64,000 nt of DNA from Stegostoma tigrinum. Lineage: Eukaryota. A model generated the notes under the pieces. The model had not been told where the DNA came from. It made no database searches and worked only from the letters and a program-made list of their open reading frames with translations. The stretch lies in contig NC_081380.1 in assembly GCF_030684315.1 (NCBI RefSeq), forward strand, positions 25,293,951 to 25,357,950. Reading direction: 5' to 3'. Shown here piece after piece: positions 55,706-64,000 of the stretch (position 1 is its first letter; each line of letters starts with the position of its first letter). The position numbers and the translations under genes are program-made.

Positions 55706-57882
55706 AGAGGGGGATGGGGTGAGGGTTCTGAAATAAATAGGGAGAGAGGGGGAGGCGGACCGAAGATGGAGAGTAAAGAAGATAGGTGGAGAGGTAGGGA
55801 GGGGATAGGTCAGTCCAGGGAAGACGGACAGGTCAAGGAGGTGGGATGAGGTTAGTAGGTAGCTGGGGGTGCGGCTTGGGGTGGGAGGAAGGGATGGGTG
55901 AGAGGAAGAACCGGTTAGGGAGGCAGAGACAGGTTGGACTGGTTTTGGGATGCAGTGGGTGGGGGGGAAGAGCTGGGCTGGTTGTGTGGTGCAGTGGGGG
56001 GAGGGGACGAACTGGGCTGGTTTAGGGATGCAGTAGGGGAAGGGGAGATTTTGAAACTGGTGAAGTCCACATTGATACCATATGGCTGCAGGGTTCCCAG
56101 GCGGAATATGAGTTGCTGTTCCTGCAACCTTCGGGTGACATCATTGTGGCAGTGCAGGAGGCCCATGATGGACATGTCATCTAGAGAATGGGAGGGGGAG
56201 TGGAAATGGTTTGCGACTGGGAGGTGCAGTTGTTTGTTGCGAACTGAGCGGAGGTGTTCTGCAAAGCGGTCCCCAAGCCTCCGCTTGGATTCCCCAATGT
56301 AGAGGAAGCCGCACCGGGTACAGTGGATGCAGTATACCACATTGGCAGATGTGCAGGTGAACCTCTGCTTAATGTGGAATGTCATCTTGGGGCTGGGATA
56401 GGGGTGAGGGAGGAGGTGTGGGGACAAGTGTAGCATTTCCTGCGGTTGCAGGGGAAGGTGCCGGGTGTGGTGGGGTTGGAGGGCAGTGTGGAGCGAACAA
56501 GGGAGTCACGGAGAGAGTGGTCTCTCCGGAAAGCAGACAGGGGAGGGGATGGAAAAATGTCTTGGGTGGTGGGGTCAGATTGTAGATGGTGGAAGTGTCG
56601 GAGGATGATGCGTTGTATCCGGAGGTTGGTGGGGTGGTGTGTGAGAACGAGGGGGATCCTCTTAGGGCGGTTGTGGCGGGGGCGGGGTGTGAGGGATGTG
56701 TTGCGGGAAATACGGGAGATGCGGTCAAGGGCGTTCTCGATCACTGTGGGGGGCAAGTTGCGGTCCTTAAAGAACTTGGACATCTGGGATGTGCGGGAGT
56801 GGAATGTCTTATCGTGGGAGCAGATGCGGCGGAGGTGGAGGAATTGGGAATGGGGATGGAATTTTTGCAGGAGGGTGGGTGGGAGGAGGTGTATTCTAGG
56901 TAGCTGTGGGAGTCGGTGGGCTTGAAATGGACATCAGTTACAAGCTGGTTGCCTGAGATGGAGACTGAGAGTTCTAGGAAGGTGAGGGATGTGCTGGAGA
57001 TGGCCCAGGTGAACTGAAGGTTGGGGTGGAAGGTGTTGGTGAAGTGGATGAACTGTTCGAGCTCCTCTGGGGAGCAAGAGGCGGTGCCGATACAGTCATC
57101 AATGTGCCGGAGGAAGAGGTGGGGTTTAGGGCCTGTGTAGGTGCGGAAGAGGGACTGTTCCACGTAACCTACAAAGAGGCAGGCATAGCTGGGGCCCATG
57201 CGGGTGCCCATGGCCACCCCCTTAGTCTGTAGGAAGTGGGAGGAGTCAAAAGAGAAGTTGTTGAGTCTGAGGACGAGTTCAGCTAGGCGGATGAGAGTGT
57301 CGGTGGAGGGGGACTAGTCGGGCCTGCGGGACAGGAAGAAGCGAAGGGCCTTGAGGCCATCTCCATGCGGAATGCAGGTGTACAGGGACTGGACGTCCAT
57401 GGTGAATATGAGGTGTTGGGGGCCAGGGAATTGGAAGAATTGGATGCCACCCGAAGGTTGCAGGAACAGCAACTCATATTCCGCCTGGGAACCCTGCAGC
57501 CATATGGTATCAATGTGGACTTCACCAGTTTCAAAATCTCCCCTTCCCCTACTGCATCCCTAAACCAGCTCAGTTCGTCCCCTCCCCCCACTGCACCACA
57601 CAACCAGCCCAGCTCTTCCCCCCCACCCACTGCATCCCAAAACCAGTCCAACCTGTCTCTGCCTCCCTAACCTGTTCTTCCTCTCACCCATCCCTTCCTC
57701 GCACCCCCAGCTACCTACTAACTTCATCCCACCTCCTTGACCTGTCCGTCTTCCCTGGACTGACCTATCCCCTCCCTACCTCCCCACCTATACTCTCTCC
57801 ACCTATCTTCTTTACTCTCCATCTTCGGTCCGCCTCCCCCTCTCTCCCTATTTATTCCAGTTCCCTCTCCCCATCCCCCTCT

Positions 57883-57910
57883 CTGATGAAGGGTCTAGGC
57901 CCAAAACGTC
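57883..57910 (+). ncRNA. Minimal hammerhead core, GAAA changed to AAAA
   Basis: CTGATGAAGGGTCTAGGCCCAAAACGTC. Confidence 0.55.
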
Positions 57911-58427
57911 AGCTTTTGTGCTCCTGAGATGCTGCTTGGCCTGCTGTGTTCATCTAGCCTCACATTTTGTTATTTTGGAACTCTCCAGCATCTGCAGTTC
58001 CCATTATCTCTGAAGTATAAACCATATCATTTGTTTAAGCGATGTTGGTTTGGAGATAAGCTTTTGATCAGGACATTATGGAGAAGTAAGCAAAAATTAA
58101 CGTGACACTGTCTGCAATGTAAGGAACGCAGCCAATTGCCACATCAGCCCATGTCAGTGGAACCAGTCATGTATATTTATCGTACAAGTTATATTACAGT
58201 CCACCGCGGTCAGGCACACAGTACGTTATCTGGGAAATGTCTGCCAGCTGAATAGTCTGAATAGTCAATGCTGCTGGCTTCCAAATTACTTTTACACTTT
58301 TCTACTAAAATAAAACTGGAGTCCATATTTTTCTTAAGCAATGTCAGTTTTTGAAACCTTGACGTTTTAAATGGAATAATGGCACTGCTACACTCCATGG
58401 TGTCAAGTGTAAGTAAAAACAAGTTAC

Positions 58428-58685
58428 CAGGGAGACGTTGCCCCATGTGTTCCTCGCAGTCCGACCTATAGTTTGTAAAGCATTAGGTTTCTTGGTGAGC
58501 TCCAGACTCTCCCAAGTCGGGGTGTGGTCGATGTTAAAGTCCACCTGCCCAAGAGGCAGCCTCTTCCTCAGGGACATGCGGATAGTGTTGAGGGAGCTGG
58601 ACGAGGACATCTCCCTGAAAAGATCGGCTGGCGGGCTATCGCCTTCTTCCTGCAGGATCTGATGGTGCTTTCTCCAGCTTGTCAT
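58428..58685 (-). CDS. PIMREG: PIMREG (FAM64A/RCS1) coding exon 1 (MTSWRKHHQ...SSSSLNTIRMSLRKRLPLGQVDFN...WGNVSL)
   Basis: ATG at 58685, ctg|gtaact donor, 258 nt phase 0; RKRLPL..V.(F/L)N and P.W..LE resemble recalled PIMREG N-terminus; adjacent to PITPNM3 as in human. Confidence 0.85.
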
Positions 58686-58737
58686 TACGACCTCCGTGGT
58701 TGGGATCGAACGCCTGAATGTCTGTCCCTTTCTTGTT

Positions 58738-58830
58738 TTTGAATTTGGCGCAACTTTGTAGCGGAGTGAAATTCCCGCGATCCGATTGGTGAAACTGACA
58801 AGATGACGTACTGAGGCCCGCGCTGATTGG
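58738..58830 (-). promoter_or_regulatory. PIMREG cell-cycle promoter: two CCAAT boxes, E2F-like sites, CHR element
   Basis: On +: TTTGAA 58738-43 (CHR), TTTGGCGC 58744-51 (E2F), TTCCCGC 58772-78, ATTGG 58785-89 and 58826-30, TGACGTA 58804-10; CpG-rich island in otherwise CpG-poor DNA. Confidence 0.8.
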
Positions 58831-59119
58831 CCGTCGGTTATGTCACTGGGAGGGGATTGCTCGGGCTCCGGCTACTTTGTTCCCAAGCCTTTGTTTCCCA
58901 ACAGGAAAAAGGATCCGATCAAGTAACAGCAATGTGTCCATTTCTTCCCGGGAGCTGATGGAAATTACCCTTTCATTCTCGTCGTCCCAGCGCCTTCTGG
59001 TGAGACCACGAAACATGGGCTGCTGCCACAGTTCTTAATATTAGAAAGTAAAACACTGCTGCACTCATTTAAAACCAGTGAAACAAATCGTACAGAAAGG
59101 CAAAACGGTTCCAGTGACA

Positions 59120-59420
59120 ATTTCTGAAGAGGGATCACTGGACTCGAAACGTTAACTCTGTTTTCTAACTTCCCAGATGCTGCCAAACCTGCTGAGTTTC
59201 TCCAGAGTTAGTAGGAACTGCCGATGCTGGAGAATCTGAGATAACAAGGTGTAGAGCTGGATCAACGCAGCAGGTCAAGCAGCATCAGAGGAGCAGGAAA
59301 GCTGATGTTTCGGGCCTAGACCCTTCTTCAGAAAGACCCGAAACATCAGCTTTCCTGGTCCCGTTATCTGACTTGCTCTGCACCTCCAGCTCCATATTTT
59401 ATAGACCCAGATTTATCTTC
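59120..59420. mobile_element. Cluster of PLE-terminus mini-elements upstream of PIMREG
   Basis: Hammerhead-like cores at 59124-54 (+) and 59304-31 (-); same terminal sequence as the 41341 element. Confidence 0.7.
59304..59331 (-). ncRNA. Minimal hammerhead-like core (CTGAAGA variant)
   Basis: CTGAAGAAGGGTCTAGGCCCGAAACATC. Confidence 0.55.
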
Positions 59421-59799
59421 GCAAGTTATTGCAAAACACCGAGCTTTAAACATGAATATTGATACGATTTGAACGCAGGTTGTTAATAACTTGGAAGAAA
59501 TAGGGAGAATCCTTTCCAAGCGATCGTTTAACTGGTCGTCCCACGCTTCGAACCGAGTGTCTCTAAGATGTTTGTTATCCTTGGGTTGGGGAAGGGGGGA
59601 TTTGCACATTGTTTTCCGTTACACGCTCTTAATTCTTCACTGAAAACAGGTAAGCAGGGCATTTGTACAGTTAAATCTTCCCTCCACCACGACCGACCTT
59701 AGAGTCATAGAAAGGCGACACAAATGGGAACTATTAAATGAAATCTTACAGGGCCCGAGGATGTGTGCTGTGGTAAAAAGCTCGATTCTGTACCATGCG

Positions 59800-60092
59800 G
59801 GAAGAAGCCATTCGGCCCATCTTTGCTGCACCGACTCTCTGAAAAGAATCCAGCCCAGACCCAAGCCCCTACCCTATTCCTGTAGCCCTGCATATACCCT
59901 TGCTTTCCACACTTAGCTTGCACATTCCAGGGCAGTTCAGTATGACCAGTCAATCTAACCTGCACATCTTTGGACTGAGGGCGGAAACAGGCACATTCTG
60001 CAGAAACAGGGAGTAAATGCAAAATCCACATGGACAGTTACCTGAGGCTGGAATTGAACCTCCCTGGCTCTGTGAGATAAAAGTGCCACCCA
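59800..60092 (-). mobile_element. V-SINE (HE1-like), degenerate
   Basis: acctgcacatctttggactg and ggaattgaacc match the other copies. Confidence 0.65.
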
Positions 60093-60924
60093 TATCTGAG
60101 AGTATCACTGAAAAGTTAACAATGCCGATATGAAGGTTGGGATTGAATTAGTTGTGTTTTCCAGCAGAGTTCAGGAATTGGAGACAGGGTTATTGCTGGG
60201 CAGCTGAGATGCCTATTAGCTGATCGTCTGTCATTCTCTTAAACTGCAAATCTGGCCTTGCAAATATATAGCTTTCTATTGTGCCGCTGCTGTGAGGAAT
60301 ATACACACCTCCAGAATTCCCGACATGAAAGGAAATGGATACTTCATCTCTCTAGCTCACCACTGACTCCGCCAAACCTTCACACCAGTGCTGCTGTCAG
60401 AACATCAGAAGCTTACAGGACCTGGGAGGTTGGCAGTGTCCACAACTTGCTACACCACAGCAACACCTCTTTTTGTTATGGCCAGACCCTGGGATTCACT
60501 ATTCACCAAAACCCACTGGCCCTGTAGAAGTATGCAGAAATTCTGCATTCCCTGGCCCATATAAAACCCTAAACCAAATATTGCCTCAGAGAATGTTACA
60601 TCGTAGGATATGGTCATTTCTGCAATGAAACTATGCCAACTCTGCTGTAAAACCCTAGACATTAAAATGGATACCTGTTGCTTAGCATTCCCCTGCATAC
60701 ACATTGAATTAAAGTGAGCAGAAGTGGGAGAGAATAATACAAAGCACATGCTGGAGATCTGAAACAAACAAAATCAGAAATTGCTGGAGAAACTCAGCAG
60801 ATCTGATGAAGTGTTACTGGATATGAAATTTCTTTCCACAGATACTGTCAGAGCTGCTGAGATAGCACAGAAACAATGGGATGATCTGTGTTTGGGGAGA
60901 GTGCACAAAGTGAATATGAACAGA

Positions 60925-62133
60925 AGCCACCCAAGCCCTCCAGCTCCTCCAGAACTTCCAATTCCCCAGTCCCCAACACCTCATTTTTACCATGGACATC
61001 CAGTCCCTATACACCTGCATTCCCCTTGCAGATGGCCTAAAGGCCCTCCACTTCTTCCTGTCCGGCAGGCCCGACCAGATCCCCTCCACCGACACTCTAA
61101 TCCGCCTAGCCAAACTTGTCCTCACCCTCAACAACTTCTCTTTCGATTCCTCCAACTTCCTACAGACAAAGCGGGTGGCCATGAGTACCCACACGGGCCC
61201 AAGCTATGCCTGTCTCTTTGTAGGTTACGTGAAACAGTCCCTCTTCTGCACCTACACTGGCCCTAAGCCCCAAGTCTTCCTCTGTTATATCGATGACTGC
61301 TTTGGCGCTGCCTCATGCTCCCAAGAGGAGCTTGAACATTTCATCCACTTCACCTACACCTTCCATCCCAACCTCAAGTTCACCTGGGCCATCTCCAACA
61401 CATCCCTCATCTTCCTGGACCTCTCTGTCTCCATCTCAGGCAACCACCTAGAAACAGATATCCATTTCAAGCCCACCGACTCCCACAGCTACCTAGAATA
61501 CACCTCCTCCCACCCAACTTCCTGCAAAAATTCCATCTCCTATTCCCAATTCCTTCACCTCCACCGCATCTGCTCCCAGGGTGAGGCATTCCACTCCTGT
61601 ACATCTCAGATGTCCTCGTTTTTCAAGGACTGAAACATCCCCCCCACAGTGGTTGAGAACACCCTTGACCATGTCTCCCGCATTTCCACAACTCATCCCG
61701 CCCACCCGCCCCTGCAATAACCACCAAAATAGAATCCCCCTCGTCCTCACATACCACCAACCTCCGGATACAATGCATCATCCTCTGACACTTCCGCCAT
61801 CTACAATCCGACCCCACCACCAAAGACATTTTTCCATCCCCACCCTTGTCTGCTTTCCGGAAAGACCACTCTCTCTGTGACTCCCTTGTTCACTCCACAC
61901 TCCCCTCCAACCCAACCACACCTGGCACTTACCCCTGCAACCACAGGAAGTGCTACACTTGCCCCCACACCTCCTCCCTCACCCACATCGCAGGCCCCAA
62001 GATGACTTTCCACATCAAGCACACCTGCCAATGTGGTATACTGCATCCGCTGTACCCGTTGTGGCTTCCTCTACATTGGGGAAGCCAAAGAGAGGCTTGG
62101 GGACCGCTTTGCAGAACACCTCCGCTTGGTTTC
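60925..62133 (+). mobile_element. Penelope-like element fragment (RT core to GIY-YIG)
   Basis: ORF 60992-61633 MDIQSLYT...YIDD...KPTDSHSYL; similar to the 6745 and 55617 copies. Confidence 0.88.
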
Positions 62134-62159
62134 ATGAATGCAGAATTTCATTTTAGTAG

Positions 62160-62590
62160 ATAGATTGGAAATGTTGAGCTTGTTTTACTTGGAGAATGTT
62201 GACAGGCGATTTGTTATAGGTATTCAAAATCATGAGTCGTCTGGATCAAATCGATAGTGAGTAAACTGTTTCTGCTGGTGGAAGAGTCAAGAATGAGAGA
62301 GAGCAGATTTGAAATAATGAACAAATCAAGCACACGTGACAGGGGGAGAAACGTTGTCAAACTGCGAGTTGTTAGAATATGGAATGCCCTGCCAGAGAAT
62401 ATGGTGGATGCAAGTTCAATTGCAGCATTTGAGAAGGAATTGGGTCATCACCTAAAAAGGAAGAAAGTGCAAGACTATGAGAAGAAAGTGTAGCAGTGGC
62501 ACTGGATGCATTGCTCATTTGAAGAGCCAGCTCAGACACAGTGGGCTGAATGGCCCCCTGCTGTAATCCGTTTGTGTTTCTGTGATCAAT
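62160..62590 (+). mobile_element. CR1-type LINE 3' fragment
   Basis: RVVRIWNALPENMVDASSIAAFEKELG motif; gggctgaatggcc tail. Confidence 0.7.
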
Positions 62591-63469
62591 TATTTGTGCA
62601 AATCTCTTTTAATAACAACTGTATCAGAAATGATGCTTCTAAAACTGTTTCCATTTGCACAAAACATTTGATAAGCCCGTATACATACAGTATGACAGAT
62701 TTTCCCAATGTCACCATATTGTTGGTATTTTATTCTCTACTGTTACTGACAAATGGACCAGTTTAAAAATGTTTTCTTTTGTTTCCTATCAAAAACTCCC
62801 TATTATTTTGTGCACATCTTCTGACTTCCACGAGACTAAGTTGATTATTCTGGAGTTGGATTTTGTAACTAAAACAACTGCTATGCAGACATACATTAGG
62901 AGTGTAAGGCCAAAAGACAAGAACAACTTGGAAACTCAGGTGAGAACGCAAATCTTTGGAATTGTGCAAGGTTCAGTTCAGGGTGCTGAAATAGAGGAGA
63001 AAACTTACAAACATGTAGATAAAAGTTTACAGCTGTCTCCAATCAAGTTCACAAAGAAACTGAGAGCAGGAAAAGTGGAGAAGAAAGTTTGAGGAATCAA
63101 TGTAGAAGTTAACAGAGAAGGGGTTGGAGGATGGGGGTAGTTAAGAAAATTAGCAGGCCATGAGATATACTCATTTTATAAAAGACACGTATCAATTACA
63201 GCAGCTGTGAAAAAAGATTGATAACTGGGAAAGGAGTTTTGCAGAAAGTGGACAGCAGATGGAGCAAGTGTAAAGAGAGAACAGTGCCCTTTGAAACAGT
63301 AAAAAAAACTTGGTGTTACTCAAGCTATATGTTAACATTAATCCCTCTTTAATGCAGAGAGATGCAATGCTCCTTTGTAGGCTGTGGCTCATCACTTATT
63401 TGTTTGAAAGATGCATCAAGATTCATCTTCTGTGACTATTGTAATAGATAAAAAGAGATATTTGAATTT

Positions 63470-64000
63470 GTGATAATAAAGTGTGGAGCTGGATGAACAC
63501 AGCAGGCCAAGCAGCATCATAGGAGCACAAAAGCTGACCCTTCATTATAAAAGGCGGATGGGGAGAGGGTTCTAAAATAAATAGGGAGAGAGGGAGAGGT
63601 GGATTGAAGATGGATAGAGGAGAAGATAGGCGGAGAGGAGACAGACAAGTTAAAGGGGCTGGGATGGAGCATGTAGAAGTGAGTATAGGTGGAGAGGTAG
63701 GGAGGGGATAGGTCAGTCCGGGGAGGACGGACAGGTCAGGGGGTGGGCTGAGGTTAGTAGGTAGGAAATGGAGGTGCGGCTTGAGGTGGGAGGAGGGGAT
63801 AGGTGAGAAGAAGAACAGGTTAGGGAGGCGGGGACAGGCTGGGCTGGTTTTGGGATGCAGTGGGGGGAGGGGAGATTTTGAAGCTTGTGAAATCCACATT
63901 GATACCATTGGGCTGCAGGGTTCCCAAGCGGAATATGAGTTGCTGTTCCTGAAACATTCGAGTGGCATCGTTGTGGCACTGCAGGAGGCCCAGGATGGAC
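63470..64000 (-). mobile_element. Penelope-like element 3' end, runs off window
   Basis: Similar to 55620-56170. Confidence 0.85.

Larger units (their letters stand above)
55617..58010 (-). mobile_element. Penelope-like element with inverted copy of its 3' end, 17-bp TSD
   Basis: RT/GIY-YIG body on - (55617 to about 57443); + strand repeat of 3' end about 57441-58010; TGAAGTATAAACCATAT at 55600-16 and 58011-27. Confidence 0.92.

Overview
Eukaryotic (vertebrate) DNA, most likely a cartilaginous fish (shark), inferred from HE1/V-SINE-type SINEs and CR1 and Penelope-like repeats. Two genes converge tail-to-tail. On + are the last five coding exons of PITPNM3 (Nir1; 11494-26751). On - is a complete four-exon PIMREG/FAM64A CDS (58685 to 38617, 276 aa) under a compact CCAAT/E2F/CHR cell-cycle promoter; the same pair is adjacent in human. 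Most other ORFs in the track are repeat-derived or spurious. Most notable: (1) a Tx1/Keno-like non-LTR element in the last PITPNM3 intron that keeps ORF1, has lost almost all of ORF2, is bracketed by U2 snRNA 5' fragments ending at U2 nt 38, and abuts a second U2-headed sequence with a related 5' end; (2) many Penelope-like elements and short palindromic derivatives carrying minimal hammerhead-ribozyme cores (CTGANGA...GAAA), two with clean target-site duplications. Gene and family names rest on recalled sequence similarity; no database search was run.
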